Positions 11,629 through 24,282 are shown, numbered from the stretch's first letter. The stretch is DNA of 64,000 nt from Robertmurraya sp. (GCA_025451895.1 JANWJP010000091.1:1898-65897); one strand, 5' to 3'. The notes: generated by a model from the letters alone, not told the origin. A program made the numbers and translations.

Positions 11629-13302
11629 ATGAGTTGGACCGGGATTGCCCTATTTGTCCAATTATTTTTTGGCATTGTTATAGGGCTTTATTTTTGGAAT
11701 TTATTGAGAAATCAACGAAGCCAAAAAGTATCGATCGACAGGGAATCCAGAAAGGAAATGGAGCATTTGAAAAGATTGAGGGCGATCTCTTTAACGGAGC
11801 CTCTGTCTGAGAAGGTGCGTCCGACGAATTTTGAAGATATCGTCGGCCAGGAGGACGGGATTAAAGCGTTAAAGGCTGCTCTGTGCGGACCGAATCCGCA
11901 ACATGTGATTATTTATGGTCCTCCCGGAGTGGGGAAGACGGCAGCGGCAAGATTGGTTCTTGAGGAAGCAAAAAAGAACCCGAAATCTCCCTTTCAGCCC
12001 TCAGCTGTTTTTGTTGAACTGGATGCGACGACAGCGCGTTTTGATGAAAGAGGGATCGCGGATCCTTTAATCGGTTCTGTGCATGATCCCATTTATCAAG
12101 GAGCCGGAGCGATGGGACAGGCCGGTATTCCCCAGCCGAAGCAGGGAGCGGTGACAAATGCTCATGGCGGGGTTCTGTTTATTGATGAAATCGGGGAACT
12201 GCATCCCATTCAAATGAATAAATTATTAAAAGTGCTTGAGGATAGAAAGGTTTTTTTAGAAAGTGCCTATTACAGTGAAGAAAATCCGCAAATTCCGAAT
12301 CATATCCATGATATTTTCAAGAACGGACTTCCAGCCGACTTCCGGCTAATCGGAGCAACGACAAGGACCCCAAGTGAAATTCCGCCGGCTATCCGCTCCC
12401 GTTGCATGGAAGTATTCTTCCGGGAGCTAACGGAGGATGAAATTATTAAGGTTGGAAAAAAAGCGACGGAAAAGATCGACCTTTCTATCAGTGAAAATGG
12501 TTTAAAAATCCTTGCGAAATATTCCCGCAACGGACGGGAAGCGGTAAATCTGATTCAAACAGCTGCCGGAATCGCCATTCAGGAAGATCGGAAATATCTG
12601 AAAGATGAGGATATTCAGTGGGTTGTTCATTCCAGCCAGTTGACACCGAGAATGGATCAGAAAATAATGCCGAAATCCTCTGTCGGCCTGGTGAACGGTC
12701 TTGCTGTTTATGGTCCGAATACGGGTGCGTTGCTGGAAATTGAAGTAACAGTCATTCCGGCTAAAGAAAAGGGAACGATTAATATCACCGGCATTGTTGA
12801 AGAAGAAAGCATCGGCGATCGCGGCAAATCGATTAGAAGAAAAAGTATGGCAAGAGGTTCGATTGAAAATGTCATCACCGTGCTCAGATCTATGGGTGTG
12901 CCGGCGGATGAATACGATATTCATGTGAATTTTCCGGGCGGAATCCCCATTGACGGGCCTTCTGCAGGGATTGCCATGGCAACGGGAATCTATTCTGCGA
13001 TATATAAACGTCCAATTGACCACGCTGTTGCCATGACCGGTGAAATCAGCATTCACGGAAATGTGAAACCGATAGGCGGTGTTTACCCGAAGATATTAGC
13101 GGCCAGAAAGGCGGGAGCTAAAAAAGTTATTATTCCAAAAGACAATCTGCAATCGATATTAAAAGAAATAGAGGGCATTGAGATTATTCCGGTGACCCAT
13201 TTATCGGAAGTGTTTGAAGCAGCGATTTTAAAGGAATACCCGGGAAAGCAGCAAGCCGCCATCACTGCATCAATTGACATGAAAAAGAAAGAAAGTATTT
13301 GA
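11629..13302 (+). CDS. lonB: Lon-like ATP-dependent protease LonB (membrane-anchored, sporulation type)
   Basis: N-terminal TM helix (WTGIALFVQLFFGIVIGLYFW), Walker A GPPGVGKT, Lon catalytic Ser context DGPSAGIAMA. Start trimmed to ATG 11629 behind AGGAGGG. Confidence 0.9.
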   Translation: MSWTGIALFVQLFFGIVIGLYFWNLLRNQRSQKVSIDRESRKEMEHLKRLRAISLTEPLSEKVRPTNFEDIVGQEDGIKALKAALCGPNPQHVIIYGPPGVGKTAAARLVLEEAKKNPKSPFQPSAVFVELDATTARFDERGIADPLIGSVHDPIYQGAGAMGQAGIPQPKQGAVTNAHGGVLFIDEIGELHPIQMNKLLKVLEDRKVFLESAYYSEENPQIPNHIHDIFKNGLPADFRLIGATTRTPSEIPPAIRSRCMEVFFRELTEDEIIKVGKKATEKIDLSISENGLKILAKYSRNGREAVNLIQTAAGIAIQEDRKYLKDEDIQWVVHSSQLTPRMDQKIMPKSSVGLVNGLAVYGPNTGALLEIEVTVIPAKEKGTINITGIVEEESIGDRGKSIRRKSMARGSIENVITVLRSMGVPADEYDIHVNFPGGIPIDGPSAGIAMATGIYSAIYKRPIDHAVAMTGEISIHGNVKPIGGVYPKILAARKAGAKKVIIPKDNLQSILKEIEGIEIIPVTHLSEVFEAAILKEYPGKQQAAITASIDMKKKESI

Positions 13303-13314
13303 TGAATTATGTAT

Positions 13315-13347
13315 ACTTCGGTTTGCCGGGAAACCGAAGTTTTTTTC
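13315..13347 (+). terminator. Intrinsic terminator after lonB
   Basis: Perfect 10-bp stem ACTTCGGTTT / AAACCGAAGT, loop GCCGGG, then T7. Confidence 0.85.
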
Positions 13348-13716
13348 TTATTTGCACCATAAATGAGCAAAAGGCGATAACATTTTTGTCTGTAAGTTAG
13401 TACATGGAACACGTCAAATACGGCTGGCGGAAAAGGGAAGAATAACTCCCGGACGCTTTTGCAGATATATAAAAAGCCGGACTGTAAGGAAAAAGAAAAT
13501 CCTGAAAAATAAATACTTTTTGCATATACTAAACCTGTTGTAACTGTTCTTCAGTGATATAATAAGAATTGACAGGATCCTTTTAAAAAATGGATTTTGT
13601 CGCAAAAACCCTGCTGAGCACTTTCTAAAAAAAGATACATAAGTGAAATTTGTAACCGTCTTTGAACCGTAAAAGTTTAAAGGGATTTAAAACATTTTGA
13701 TAAAGATTTATGAAAA

Positions 13717-13745
13717 TAGACAGGTATCTGCAAATGGGTTAGAAT
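13717..13745 (+). promoter_or_regulatory. SigA-type promoter for lonA
   Basis: TAGACA (13717-13722), 17-nt spacer, TAGAAT (13740-13745), about 65 nt upstream of the lonA ATG. Confidence 0.45.
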
Positions 13746-13810
13746 GAAACGACGAATCCTTTCCTCCGCAGGTCAGAGGAAAGAAAATGATTATTGGAGG
13801 TGTGCCTGTT

Positions 13811-16135
13811 ATGTCGAACAAGAAAGACTTTGTCCCCCTCCTGCCGCTGAGAGGACTTCTTGTTTTTCCGACGATGGTTCTCCATTTGGATGTTGGAAGA
13901 AGCAAGTCAGTCCAGGCATTAGAAAAGGCAATGATGGGCGATAGTGTTATTTTTTTAACGGCCCAAAAAGATGTTTCCGTTGATGAACCGGGGGAAGAAG
14001 ATGTATACCGGATGGGGACATTAACAAAAGTCAAGCAGATGCTTAAATTACCGAACGGTACGATCCGGGTATTGGTGGAAGGCTTAGTAAGGGCACAAAT
14101 TGAATCCTTTTACGAAGAGGACGGTTACCAGGCTGTCAGTGTCCGGACCTTTGAAGACAGGACGGCAAAGGACCTTGAGGACGAAGCCTTGATGAGAACG
14201 ATGCTTGAGTATTTTGAGCAGTATATAAAGTTGTCGAAAAAGGTTTCAGCGGAGACGTTTTCAACGGTGGCGGATATTGAAGAGCCGGGAAGAATGGCGG
14301 ATATTATTGCATCACACCTGCCCCTTAAATTAAAGGAGAAACAGGAAATACTTGAAACCATTGACTTAAAGGAGCGAATGAACCTCCTTATTCAATATAT
14401 TCATAACGAAAAAGAAGTTCTTCATTTGGAAAAAAAGATTGGCCAGCGGGTTAAAAAATCAATGGAGAGAACGCAAAAGGAATACTATCTCCGTGAACAA
14501 ATGAAAGCCATTCAGAAAGAACTCGGCGATAAAGAAGGTAAGTCCGGTGAAGTGGCCGATTTAATGGAGAAAATAGAAAAAGCCGGCATGACCGAACAAG
14601 TGAAAAAGGTAGCTTTGAAGGAATTGGAACGTTATGAAAAGATCCCTTCGACATCTGCAGAGAGTTCGGTTATCAGAAACTATATCGAATGGCTGATTTC
14701 TCTTCCGTGGACAAATGCAACGGAAGATGATTTGGATATTCAAAAAGCAGAGCGGATTTTGAATGAAGATCACTACGGACTGGATAAAGTAAAGGAAAGG
14801 GTACTTGAATACCTGGCAGTTCAAAAACTGACGAATGCGTTAAAAGGTCCGATTCTTTGTCTAGTAGGTCCTCCCGGCGTGGGAAAAACAAGCCTTGCCC
14901 GCTCCATCGCCAGATCTTTGAACAGGAAATTTGTCAGGATCTCGCTTGGCGGTGTCCGTGATGAGTCTGAAATACGCGGCCACAGAAGAACATACGTTGG
15001 TGCGATGCCGGGCCGGATCATTCAGGGAATGAAAAAGGCCGGGACGATCAATCCTGTCTTCCTGTTGGATGAAATTGATAAGATGTCTAATGATTTTCGC
15101 GGAGATCCTGCTGCGGCGCTCCTTGAAGTTCTTGATCCGGAGCAAAACAATTCCTTCAGTGATCACTATATTGAGGAAACATATGATCTGTCCAAGGTAA
15201 TGTTCATTGCCACAGCCAACAATTTAGCCACAATACCGGGGCCATTGCGGGATCGGATGGAGATTATTTCCATCCCCGGCTATACAGAAATTGAAAAAAT
15301 TCATATAGCCAAAGATCATTTGCTTCCGAAACAAATAAAGGAGCACGGGATGACAGGTGCGCAACTGCAAATCAGAGAAGATGCCATTAAGCGCATAGTC
15401 CGTTATTACACAAGAGAAGCCGGTGTACGCGGACTCGAGAGACAGTTGGCGTCCATTTGCAGAAAAACGGCGAGAATTATTGTCTCAAATGAAAAGAAAA
15501 AAGTTGTTGTCACAGAAAATAATGTTGAAGAGTTTCTGGGAAAACCCCTCTTCCGCTATGGACAGGCCGAAACACAGGACCAGGTCGGAGTGGCTACAGG
15601 CCTCGCTTATACGGCTGTAGGCGGAGATACACTGCAAATAGAAGTTTCCCTTACACCCGGGAAAGGAAAGCTGGTTTTAACGGGTAAATTGGGAGAGGTT
15701 ATGAAAGAATCTGCCCAGGCAGCATTTACCTATGTACGTTCTAAGGCGGTTGAACTGAATATTGAACCGGACTTTTATGAAAAGACTGATATCCATATTC
15801 ATGTGCCTGAAGGAGCCGTGCCGAAAGATGGACCGTCAGCAGGGATTACGATAGCCTCCGCGCTGGTTTCCGCGTTGACCGGAATACCGGTTCGCAGGGA
15901 GGTAGGCATGACCGGAGAAATTACGCTCCGTGGCAGGGTGCTTCCGATTGGCGGATTAAAGGAAAAATCGTTGGGTGCGCACCGGGCCGGTTTAAAGAAG
16001 ATTATTCTTCCAAAGGACAATGAAAAGGATATTGATGATATTCCGGAAAGTGTCCGTGAAGAGCTTGAATTTGTCCTTGTGTCCGAGGTGGATGAAGTGT
16101 TGGCACATGCTTTGAAAGATGGTGTGAACACTTGA
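13811..16135 (+). CDS. lonA: ATP-dependent protease Lon (LonA)
   Basis: LON N-domain ([20 protein letters not shown]), GPPGVGKTS, catalytic Ser KDGPSAGIT. Start trimmed to ATG 13811 behind GGAGGTG. Confidence 0.97.
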   Translation: MSNKKDFVPLLPLRGLLVFPTMVLHLDVGRSKSVQALEKAMMGDSVIFLTAQKDVSVDEPGEEDVYRMGTLTKVKQMLKLPNGTIRVLVEGLVRAQIESFYEEDGYQAVSVRTFEDRTAKDLEDEALMRTMLEYFEQYIKLSKKVSAETFSTVADIEEPGRMADIIASHLPLKLKEKQEILETIDLKERMNLLIQYIHNEKEVLHLEKKIGQRVKKSMERTQKEYYLREQMKAIQKELGDKEGKSGEVADLMEKIEKAGMTEQVKKVALKELERYEKIPSTSAESSVIRNYIEWLISLPWTNATEDDLDIQKAERILNEDHYGLDKVKERVLEYLAVQKLTNALKGPILCLVGPPGVGKTSLARSIARSLNRKFVRISLGGVRDESEIRGHRRTYVGAMPGRIIQGMKKAGTINPVFLLDEIDKMSNDFRGDPAAALLEVLDPEQNNSFSDHYIEETYDLSKVMFIATANNLATIPGPLRDRMEIISIPGYTEIEKIHIAKDHLLPKQIKEHGMTGAQLQIREDAIKRIVRYYTREAGVRGLERQLASICRKTARIIVSNEKKKVVVTENNVEEFLGKPLFRYGQAETQDQVGVATGLAYTAVGGDTLQIEVSLTPGKGKLVLTGKLGEVMKESAQAAFTYVRSKAVELNIEPDFYEKTDIHIHVPEGAVPKDGPSAGITIASALVSALTGIPVRREVGMTGEITLRGRVLPIGGLKEKSLGAHRAGLKKIILPKDNEKDIDDIPESVREELEFVLVSEVDEVLAHALKDGVNT

Positions 16136-16719
16136 AGATTACCAGTTCAGAGTTTGTAATCAGCGCCGTGAAGCCGAATCAGTATCCGGATGGAGGATTG
16201 CCGGAATTTGCTTTGGCCGGGCGTTCAAATGTCGGAAAATCATCCTTTATCAATAAGATGCTGAACAGAAAAAATCTTGCCCGTACATCTTCCAACCCGG
16301 GAAAAACGCAAACGTTGAATTTTTACTTAATTAATGAACAGTTTTATTTCGTAGATGTTCCCGGATATGGATATGCAAAAGTTTCTAAAAAGGAACGGGA
16401 AGCATGGGGAAAGTTGATAGAAGGATATTTAACAGGAAGAGAACAACTGAAAGCTGTTCTCTTGATAGTTGATCTTCGTCATCCGCCGACAGACGATGAT
16501 GTGATGATGTATGATTTTTTGAAACATTATCAGATTCCCTGTATTATTATTGCAACGAAAGCCGATAAAATACCGAAGGGAAAGTGGCAGAAACATTTGA
16601 AAGTTCACTGGGAAACATTGAATGTTGAGAAGGGCGATGAACTCATTCTTTTCAGTTCCGAAACTGGCGAAGGCAAAGACAAGGCTTGGAGTGCTTTGGG
16701 AAAATTCTTGACATTATAA
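16132..16719 (+). CDS. engB: Ribosome-biogenesis GTPase EngB/YsxC
   Basis: G1 [10 protein letters not shown]3 DVPGYG, G4 TKADK. TTG start overlaps the lonA stop. Confidence 0.93.
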   Translation: MKITSSEFVISAVKPNQYPDGGLPEFALAGRSNVGKSSFINKMLNRKNLARTSSNPGKTQTLNFYLINEQFYFVDVPGYGYAKVSKKEREAWGKLIEGYLTGREQLKAVLLIVDLRHPPTDDDVMMYDFLKHYQIPCIIIATKADKIPKGKWQKHLKVHWETLNVEKGDELILFSSETGEGKDKAWSALGKFLTL

Positions 16720-16730
16720 TAATTTGTAAG

Positions 16731-16803
16731 GGGCGACGCAGGCTTCATGTTATACCCGTCATGGGGAGTGTAGTTCTGACATGAAGTCCGACGCCCTTTT
16801 TTT
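16731..16803 (+). terminator. Terminator after engB
   Basis: Long imperfect stem GGGCGACGCAGGCTTCATGT / ACATGAAGTCCGACGCCC, followed by T7. Confidence 0.7.
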
Positions 16804-16894
16804 GGAAGTTCAGCAAAAGGAAAGAAATTTTGCTGTTCATCTTATATAATGTATTTACAACCGGCAATAACAGAAATCTTGACCTGTAAAAGAA

Positions 16895-17383
16895 TTACTC
16901 TTTTTTCTTTGTTGCGAGAAATAAATAAAGTCCAAATCCAACCAGTACAACCGGCCAGAATTTCCACAGGGTCGCAGCGTTATTCTCTAACAGCCCAAGC
17001 CATGCCGTAACTTGTTCATAAAACATGAGAAGAATGGCAATGCTAAAAAATAACAGTCCCTGAAGTAAACCCTCTTTGGTCTTTTGATAATACAGAAAAA
17101 ATCCGACAGAAATAATCAGGATAAATATGCCGATATCATCAGGCCAGGAGTCGAACCTGTCTTCAATATGAAAATGAAGTCCCAATCCGGTTAAAATAAT
17201 TCCCGGCAGAATTGATGCATTGTCCTTTGCGCCGTACCCTTGAAATAAAAAGGAAATTCCGACAATGATAAGAAGAGTGGGCCAGGCATAAAATCCTTCA
17301 AAAGGAGTAATTTGAGATTGCTGCATAAAAAAATAAGTTCCAAAGCCAATTAATACAGCACCGGGAAAAAGTTTCTTTTTCAT
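16895..17383 (-). CDS. Small polytopic membrane protein (YsxD-like by position)
   Basis: 162 aa, almost entirely hydrophobic, with 4-5 predicted TM segments. It is a lone minus-strand gene between engB and hemA, as I recall for B. subtilis ysxD. Confidence 0.6.
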   Translation of the reverse strand: MKKKLFPGAVLIGFGTYFFMQQSQITPFEGFYAWPTLLIIVGISFLFQGYGAKDNASILPGIILTGLGLHFHIEDRFDSWPDDIGIFILIISVGFFLYYQKTKEGLLQGLLFFSIAILLMFYEQVTAWLGLLENNAATLWKFWPVVLVGFGLYLFLATKKKE

Positions 17384-17731
17384 TATAGCTCACCACATCC
17401 CATAAACAACTGTAATCATAATATTTTAATTGTACAAAAAAAAAGTTTTTATCAAAATAGTTTTTATCGAAATCTGCGGTATTTTCTGATTCTCCTGACA
17501 TTATGTATAAACCGGGGTGAGAAACGCATCCTGAATCGCCATTAAATTGCATATATAACCAAAAAAAGGCTTTATTGATTATAAGCAAGCCCGTCTTTTT
17601 TCTTATCCTGTTGATCATATCATATCATACACTTTCATTATATGTTCACAATTTTGTAAATAAATAAAATTCATTAATGCTATAATGGTTTTAGTGAATT
17701 CTGCCTAACAAATAGGGGGTTACTTTTCGTT

Positions 17732-19072
17732 ATGCATATTTTGGCAGTCAGTCTCAATTATAAAACCGCCCCAGTGGAAATCCGTGAAAAGCTGTCTTTT
17801 CAGCCGTCACAGTTAAGTGATGCACTGTTGGTGCTTAAGGGGAAGAAAAGTATATTAGAAAATGTCATTATTTCTACATGCAACCGCACAGAAATATATG
17901 CGGTAGTTGATCAACTTCATACCGGACGCTATTATATTAAACAGTTTTTATCTGAATGGTTTAATATTGAAACGGAGAAATTTTCCCCTTATCTGTTATT
18001 TTTCGAACAGGATGAGGCGATTGATCACCTGTTTCATGTTGCTTGCGGTTTAAATTCGATGATTCTCGGCGAAACGCAAATATTGGGACAAGTCCGTTCA
18101 AGTTTCCTCCAGGCGCAAGAGGAAGGTTGCACCGGCACTGTTTTAAACCAATTGTTTAAACAAGCAATTACTCTGGCTAAACGGGCCCATTCAGAAACTG
18201 ACATCGGGGCCAATGCTGTTTCGGTAAGTTATGCAGCTGTTGAACTGGCGAAGAAAATTTTTGGATCCTTGCAAGGAAAGCATGTGCTTATTCTCGGCGC
18301 CGGAAAAATGGGACAACTGGCCATTCAAAATCTCCACGGGAACGGTGCGACAAAAGTAACAGTGATTAATCGCACTTTTAAAAAGGCGGAATATTTGGCA
18401 AACCGTTTTTCCGGAGAAGCAAGGTCAATTGATGATTTAGAAACTGTTCTGGGTGAAGTGGATATTTTGATCAGCTCCACCGGTGCTTCTGATTTCATCA
18501 TTACAAAGGAAATGATGGAAAAAGTGGAGAAAAGCCGGAAAGGTAAACCGTTATTTATGGTTGATATTGCTGTTCCCCGTGATCTTGATCCTGCAATTGG
18601 AGAAATTGATAACGTTTTCCTGTATGATATAGATGACCTTGAAGGAATTGTTGAGGCCAATTTACAAGAACGGAAAAAAGCCGCTGAAAAAATTGCCGTG
18701 ATGATTGAAGAAGGTGTTCTGGAGTTTAACCGGTGGCTGAATATGCTCGGTGTTGTTCCCGTTATTTCTGCTTTAAGGGAAAAAGCTTTGGCCATCCAGG
18801 CTGAAACAATGAAGAGTATCGAGAGAAAACTGCCCGATTTGACGGAACGGGAGAAAAAGGTCTTGAGTAAACACACAAAGAGCATTATCAATCAAATGCT
18901 GCGGGATCCGATATTACAAGTAAAAGAATTAGCCGCTGAAAAAAATGCCGAAGAATCTCTTGAGTTATTTATTAAAATATTTAATATTGAACAACAGGTG
19001 GAACAGCAAAAGAAATTAAGGACAACCGACACAGGGAAGAAAGCGGTCCAGCCTTCGCAAGCTTTTATCTAA
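17732..19072 (+). CDS. hemA: Glutamyl-tRNA reductase
   Basis: [11 protein letters not shown] active-site Cys motif, GAGKMG NADPH site. Near-colinear with B. subtilis HemA as I recall it. Confidence 0.96.
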   Translation: MHILAVSLNYKTAPVEIREKLSFQPSQLSDALLVLKGKKSILENVIISTCNRTEIYAVVDQLHTGRYYIKQFLSEWFNIETEKFSPYLLFFEQDEAIDHLFHVACGLNSMILGETQILGQVRSSFLQAQEEGCTGTVLNQLFKQAITLAKRAHSETDIGANAVSVSYAAVELAKKIFGSLQGKHVLILGAGKMGQLAIQNLHGNGATKVTVINRTFKKAEYLANRFSGEARSIDDLETVLGEVDILISSTGASDFIITKEMMEKVEKSRKGKPLFMVDIAVPRDLDPAIGEIDNVFLYDIDDLEGIVEANLQERKKAAEKIAVMIEEGVLEFNRWLNMLGVVPVISALREKALAIQAETMKSIERKLPDLTEREKKVLSKHTKSIINQMLRDPILQVKELAAEKNAEESLELFIKIFNIEQQVEQQKKLRTTDTGKKAVQPSQAFI

Positions 19073-19093
19073 GCTGTAGTGAGGTTTAAGCCT

Positions 19094-19963
19094 ATGTCTG
19101 AACTCTTTATATCAAGGCTGCGCGAGCTAACCGTGCTCGTGTATGCCTTGAGTGTACTTTTATATTTTATTGATTTTTTGCACAGAAACCGGAAAGCAAA
19201 CCAGGTTGCTTTCTGGTTACTCGCGTTTGTATGGCTCTTGCAAACGGTTTTTTTAATCGTCTATATGTTAAGAGTCGGCAGATTTCCCGTACTTACCGTT
19301 ATTGAAGGATTATATTTTTATGTCTGGGTGCTAATCACCCTGTCTCTAGGAATCAACCGCTGGTTAAAGGTTGATTTTATCGTTTTTTTTACCAATGTAA
19401 TCGGCTTCGGGTTTATGGTCATGCATACGTTTACCCCGCTCGAATTCGGGCCGGCGGGTATGAGTGACCATCTCATTTCGGAACTGTTGCTTATACATAT
19501 TACGTTTGCGATTATGTCGTACGGTGCTTTTGCAGTATCATTTGTTTTTTCTTGTTTATATTTGATTCAATATGATTTGCTGAAGCGCAAGAAGTGGGGA
19601 ACCATATTGATTCGGATCGCCGATCTTTCCATGCTGGAAAAAATGGCTTATATTCTGAATTGTATCGGCGTGCCTCTTTTGCTGCTTTCTCTTATTCTCG
19701 GCACACAGTGGGCATATTTAAAAATTCCGGACGTTTCTTGGTATGATGCGAAAATTGTCGGTTCTTTCATCGTCTTAGCGGTATACAGCATCTTTCTTTA
19801 TTTAAAGGTTAAGAAAGGATTGCAAGGAAGAACACTTGCGATGTGGAATGTTGCTTCATTCCTGATTGTACTCATAAATTTTTTTGTATTTGGCAAGTTA
19901 TCCGGTTTTCATTTATGGTATTCATTCATTCTTCCCCTGCGCTATGGGGGATTTTCATCTTAG
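19094..19963 (+). CDS. hemX: HemX, CcsA-like integral membrane protein
   Basis: Eight or so hydrophobic segments. Position between hemA and hemC. Start trimmed to ATG 19094. Confidence 0.8.
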   Translation: MSELFISRLRELTVLVYALSVLLYFIDFLHRNRKANQVAFWLLAFVWLLQTVFLIVYMLRVGRFPVLTVIEGLYFYVWVLITLSLGINRWLKVDFIVFFTNVIGFGFMVMHTFTPLEFGPAGMSDHLISELLLIHITFAIMSYGAFAVSFVFSCLYLIQYDLLKRKKWGTILIRIADLSMLEKMAYILNCIGVPLLLLSLILGTQWAYLKIPDVSWYDAKIVGSFIVLAVYSIFLYLKVKKGLQGRTLAMWNVASFLIVLINFFVFGKLSGFHLWYSFILPLRYGGFSS

Positions 19964-19986
19964 AGAGTTAAATTGAGGAGGCCGTC

Positions 19987-20922
19987 ATGAGAAAATTAAT
20001 TGTTGGTTCAAGAAGAAGCAAACTGGCTCTTACCCAGACAAATTGGGTTATTAATGAATTAAAAAAGTTGGATCCATCTGTTGAATTTGAAATCCTTGAA
20101 GTCGTAACAAAAGGAGATCGCATTCTTGATGTGACTCTTTCCAAAGTGGGCGGAAAAGGATTATTTGTGAAAGAAATTGAGCAGAAAATGCTGGATAAGG
20201 AAATTGACCTTGCTGTACACAGTATGAAAGATATGCCGGCTGTTCTTCCGGAAGGTTTAACAATCGGGTGTATACCGGCCCGGAAGGATCACAGAGATGC
20301 TTTTATTTCTAAAAGCGGTATCCCATTAATGGATTTGCCTGCCGGAGCAAAGATCGGCACAAGCAGTCTGCGGCGCGGTGCGCAAATTTTGGCTATACGG
20401 CCTGATTTGGAAATCAAGTGGATTCGGGGCAATATTGATACAAGATTAGCAAAACTGGAAACGGAAGATTATGATGCGATCATTTTAGCAGCAGCCGGAC
20501 TTTTGCGTATGGGTTGGTCAGAAGAGATCGTAACGGAATTTCTGGAGCCGGAAATCTGTTTGCCTGCCGTTGGCCAGGGGGCTCTGGCGATTGAATGCCG
20601 TGAAGATGACGAAGAGGTTCTTGGTCTTCTTAAGAATTTCGAATGCCAGGAGGCCAAACAAGCCGTTACGGCAGAGCGGGCCTTTTTGCACCGTTTGGAA
20701 GGCGGCTGTCAGGTACCGATTGCAGGCTATGCACGTTTGAATGAGAATGGGGAGATTGTCCTGACCGGTTTGGTAGCTTCTACGGATGGAAAAACGATTT
20801 TAAAAGAGGAACAAACAGGAACGGATGCGCAAAGTCTTGGCGTCCTTGTGGCTGAAAATCTGTTGGAAAAAGGAGCCGGTGAATTGATCAGGCAAGCGAA
20901 TGAGGGGAACGATGGCCGATGA
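19987..20922 (+). CDS. hemC: Porphobilinogen deaminase (hydroxymethylbilane synthase)
   Basis: [23 protein letters not shown], and LEGGCQVPI cofactor-Cys motif. Confidence 0.96.
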   Translation: MRKLIVGSRRSKLALTQTNWVINELKKLDPSVEFEILEVVTKGDRILDVTLSKVGGKGLFVKEIEQKMLDKEIDLAVHSMKDMPAVLPEGLTIGCIPARKDHRDAFISKSGIPLMDLPAGAKIGTSSLRRGAQILAIRPDLEIKWIRGNIDTRLAKLETEDYDAIILAAAGLLRMGWSEEIVTEFLEPEICLPAVGQGALAIECREDDEEVLGLLKNFECQEAKQAVTAERAFLHRLEGGCQVPIAGYARLNENGEIVLTGLVASTDGKTILKEEQTGTDAQSLGVLVAENLLEKGAGELIRQANEGNDGR

Positions 20923-21689
20923 ACTCCGATTCACCGTTACAGGGCAAAAAGGTTTTTATTCCGCGGGGAAAGAAACAGGGCCAATCATTTGCCGGCCTTG
21001 TAAAAAAATACGGCGGGGTGCCGGTGGCCATTCCTCTCCTCGCTTTTCAGCCCGTGCAAGACGGGGCACGGCTGAAGGAGCTTTTGGAAAAGCTGGACAG
21101 CTATGATTGGCTTATTTTTACGAGTAATACCACTGTTGAAACCTTTTTTGCCATTCTTCCGGAACAGAAAAAAATCCGGGCCAGGGTGGCGGCAATTGGT
21201 GAAAAAACTGCAAAAGCACTTGAGGAAAAGGGGATCCATGTGCAATTTATTCCCACTGAATATGTTGCCGAAGGATTTGTTAAAGAGTTTCTTCCAATGG
21301 TCGGCAGCGGTGAAAAGGTCTTAATCCCAAAAGGGAATCTTGCCAGGGATGTGATCGCCTCCTCCCTCAGGGAAAAAGGAGTTATTGCCGATGAGATCAC
21401 GATTTACGAGACTTATTTTCCCGGGGAAAGCCGCAAAGAACTTTTAGAAACTCTTAAGTCGCAGCGGCTGGATATTTTATGTTTTACAAGCCCGTCGACC
21501 GTCGATCATTTTATGAGTGTCGTTGATGAATACGGGCTCCGGGAAAACATTCGTGATTGCGTAATTGCCTGTATCGGTCCGATAGCCAGGCAAAGAGCAG
21601 AAAAGCACGGGCTTAAAGTAAATGTAATGCCTGACGTTTATACTGTCCCAAAATTAATCGATGCTGTCATTTCTTTTCTGAAAAAATAG
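20919..21689 (+). CDS. hemD: Uroporphyrinogen-III synthase
   Basis: ATGA overlap with hemC. 256 aa, with HemD-like [13 protein letters not shown] and FTSPSTV repeats. Confidence 0.85.
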   Translation: MNSDSPLQGKKVFIPRGKKQGQSFAGLVKKYGGVPVAIPLLAFQPVQDGARLKELLEKLDSYDWLIFTSNTTVETFFAILPEQKKIRARVAAIGEKTAKALEEKGIHVQFIPTEYVAEGFVKEFLPMVGSGEKVLIPKGNLARDVIASSLREKGVIADEITIYETYFPGESRKELLETLKSQRLDILCFTSPSTVDHFMSVVDEYGLRENIRDCVIACIGPIARQRAEKHGLKVNVMPDVYTVPKLIDAVISFLKK

Positions 21690-21794
21690 CAGTACAATAG
21701 AATTTGGAAAACCAAGCAGTTGTTGCAACCATTAAATGGGATTCAAGTAAACTCAAGCCTCAAAACGATTAATCATGAAAATGGAGGTTTTTTT

Positions 21795-22775
21795 ATGAAA
21801 CAATTAGAATTTGCCCGTCATCGCCGGTTAAGACAATCGGCTGCCATGCGCTCAATCGTCCGCGAGAATTATTTGCATTTGGAAGATTTAATTTATCCTA
21901 TGTTTGTAGCGGAAGGCAAAAATATAAGAAATGAAGTTTCCTCCATGCCTGGAGTCTTCCAATTATCCCTGGATCAATTGCAGCCGGAAATAGACGAAGT
22001 TGTTTCCCTGGGAATTAAGGCTGTTCTTTTGTTTGGAATTCCCCTCGAAAAGGATGAAGTCGGCTCCGGTGCCTATCATGAACACGGTATTGTACAAGAA
22101 GCAACCCGTTTAATCAAGGAACGGCATCCGGATTTGCTGGTGATTGCAGATACTTGTCTATGTGAATATACAAGTCATGGTCATTGCGGAGTGATTGAAA
22201 ACGGTGATGTACTGAATGATCCTTCGCTAAAATTGCTGGTTGATGCGGCTGTCAGTCAGGCAAAGGCGGGGGCAGATATCATCGCTCCGTCGAATATGAT
22301 GGACGGCTTTGTGGCTGCGATCCGTGCCGGACTTGATGAGGCAGGCTTTGAGCATGTTCCGATTATGTCTTATGCGATTAAGTACGCTTCTGCATTCTAC
22401 GGACCGTTCCGGGATGCCGCGGAAAGTGCTCCTCAGTTTGGAGATCGCAAATCTTATCAGATGGATCCGTCCAACCGCTTAGAGGCATTCAGGGAAGCCG
22501 AGTCGGATGTGAAGGAAGGCGCAGACTTCTTAATGGTTAAACCGGGACTTCCATATTTGGACATTGTCCGTGATGTGAAAAACCATTTTCATTTGCCCGT
22601 TGTTGTGTATAATGTCAGCGGCGAATATTCAATGGTAAAAGCCGCGGCACAAAACGGCTGGATTGATGAAAAAGCGGTGGTTATGGAAATGCTGACCGGT
22701 ATGAAAAGAGCCGGTGCTGATTTAATTATCACTTACCATGCAAAAGATGCAGCCAGATGGTTAAAGGAAAATTGA
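21795..22775 (+). CDS. hemB: Porphobilinogen synthase (ALA dehydratase)
   Basis: Zn-site [14 protein letters not shown] and the MVKPG active-site Lys region. Start trimmed to ATG 21795 behind GGAGG. Confidence 0.95.
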   Translation: MKQLEFARHRRLRQSAAMRSIVRENYLHLEDLIYPMFVAEGKNIRNEVSSMPGVFQLSLDQLQPEIDEVVSLGIKAVLLFGIPLEKDEVGSGAYHEHGIVQEATRLIKERHPDLLVIADTCLCEYTSHGHCGVIENGDVLNDPSLKLLVDAAVSQAKAGADIIAPSNMMDGFVAAIRAGLDEAGFEHVPIMSYAIKYASAFYGPFRDAAESAPQFGDRKSYQMDPSNRLEAFREAESDVKEGADFLMVKPGLPYLDIVRDVKNHFHLPVVVYNVSGEYSMVKAAAQNGWIDEKAVVMEMLTGMKRAGADLIITYHAKDAARWLKEN

Positions 22776-22995
22776 ATAACCGGATTTAAATATGTCCAAC
22801 CTGTTTGATAGCGTGGTTATTTTTAAGCCGGGCGGCTGATTACGTAATAAATACAAAGCCATTAATCGGGGCAACTCTATTAATGGCTTCTTTGTCAAAA
22901 AAAGTGTCAGGATTTTCTGCCAAAAGGAATATGGATTCTTTGTACAAGGCAGGCAAGTACATATGCCATGAAAGAAAATGGAATGAGGGATAACA

Positions 22996-24282
22996 ATGCG
23001 TTCTTATGAAAAGTCGATCGAAGCCTATAAAGAAGCGGTAAAATTAATGCCGGGCGGAGTGAACAGTCCCGTCCGCGCATTTAAATCAGTAAATATGGAC
23101 CCGATTTTTATGGAGCGGGGAAAAGGCTCAAAAATATACGATATTGACGGAAATGAGTATATTGATTATGTGCTCTCCTGGGGCCCGTTAATTCTCGGGC
23201 ATGCCAATGAAAAGGTTGTGGAAGCTTTAAAAAATGTCGTTGAAAATGGAACAAGCTTCGGCGCTCCGACATTGATTGAAAACAAACTGGCCAACCTCGT
23301 TAAAGAACGGGTGCCTTCAATTGAAATAATCCGCATGGTATCATCCGGAACGGAAGCAACGATGAGTGCCCTCCGTTTGGCGCGGGGCTACACAGGAAGG
23401 AATAAGATTCTTAAATTTGAAGGCTGTTATCATGGGCACGGCGATTCTTTATTAATTAAAGCCGGTTCCGGAGTGGCCACCCTCGGTCTTCCGGACAGCC
23501 CGGGAGTGCCGGAGGGAGTGGCGAAAAACACTATTACCGTTGCATATAACGATTTGGAAGGAGTTAAATATGCCTTCGAGCACTACGGCGAAGATATCGC
23601 TTGTGTAATTGTAGAGCCCGTGGCAGGCAATATGGGGGTTGTTCCTCCGCTTCCGGGATTCTTGGAAGGACTGAGGGAAATTACGAAACAATATGGTTCC
23701 CTGCTGATTTTTGATGAAGTAATGACCGGATTCCGTGTCGATTATCATTGTGCCCAGGGATATTTTAATGTTACTCCTGACCTCACTTGTCTCGGGAAAG
23801 TTATCGGGGGAGGCCTCCCTGTTGGTGCATACGGCGGCCGTGCTGACATTATGGAAATGGTTGCTCCGAGCGGACCCGTTTATCAGGCGGGAACACTGTC
23901 CGGAAATCCGTTGGCGATGACTGCAGGATATGAAACTATTTCCCAGTTGACTCCTGAGACGTATAAAGAATTTGCAAGAAAGGCAGACAGACTCACAGAA
24001 GGTATTGAAGCGGCTGCAAAGAAATACGGTGTTCCTGTTACTGTGAACCGTGCCGGATCGATGATCGGTTTCTTCTTTACAGGTGAAAAAGTAATTAATT
24101 ATGAAACAGCCAAAACTTCCAACTTGAAATTCTTTGCAGAATATTATCGGGAAATGGCCAATCAGGGTGTCTTTCTACCGCCTTCGCAATTTGAAGGATT
24201 GTTCCTTTCCACTGCACATACCGATGAAGATATTGAAAAAACTATTGCAGCAGTGGAAATTGCTTTTTCAAAGCTTAAATAA
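22996..24282 (+). CDS. hemL: Glutamate-1-semialdehyde 2,1-aminomutase
   Basis: Class III aminotransferase motifs [15 protein letters not shown] and FDEVMTGFR, plus GKVIGGGLP (PLP Lys). Confidence 0.96.
   Translation: MRSYEKSIEAYKEAVKLMPGGVNSPVRAFKSVNMDPIFMERGKGSKIYDIDGNEYIDYVLSWGPLILGHANEKVVEALKNVVENGTSFGAPTLIENKLANLVKERVPSIEIIRMVSSGTEATMSALRLARGYTGRNKILKFEGCYHGHGDSLLIKAGSGVATLGLPDSPGVPEGVAKNTITVAYNDLEGVKYAFEHYGEDIACVIVEPVAGNMGVVPPLPGFLEGLREITKQYGSLLIFDEVMTGFRVDYHCAQGYFNVTPDLTCLGKVIGGGLPVGAYGGRADIMEMVAPSGPVYQAGTLSGNPLAMTAGYETISQLTPETYKEFARKADRLTEGIEAAAKKYGVPVTVNRAGSMIGFFFTGEKVINYETAKTSNLKFFAEYYREMANQGVFLPPSQFEGLFLSTAHTDEDIEKTIAAVEIAFSKLK

Noticed and set aside
13660-13682. A direct repeat on the minus strand, GGTTCAAAGACGGTTACAAA, upstream of lonA, resembling a CtsR operator (GGTCAAA-NAN-GGTCAAA).
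   Set aside because: Both half-sites carry an extra T (GGTTCAAA / GGTTACAAA), so the heptad spacing and sequence do not match the consensus. lonA is also not a known CtsR target in B. subtilis.
22805-22993. A 62-aa ORF in the hemB-hemL spacer. Similar intergenic ORFs occur at 24388-24618 (upstream of spoVID) and 62363-62551 (between rpmA and spo0B).
   Set aside because: They have no Shine-Dalgarno at a suitable distance and an atypical amino-acid composition, and they overlap terminator or promoter sequences.
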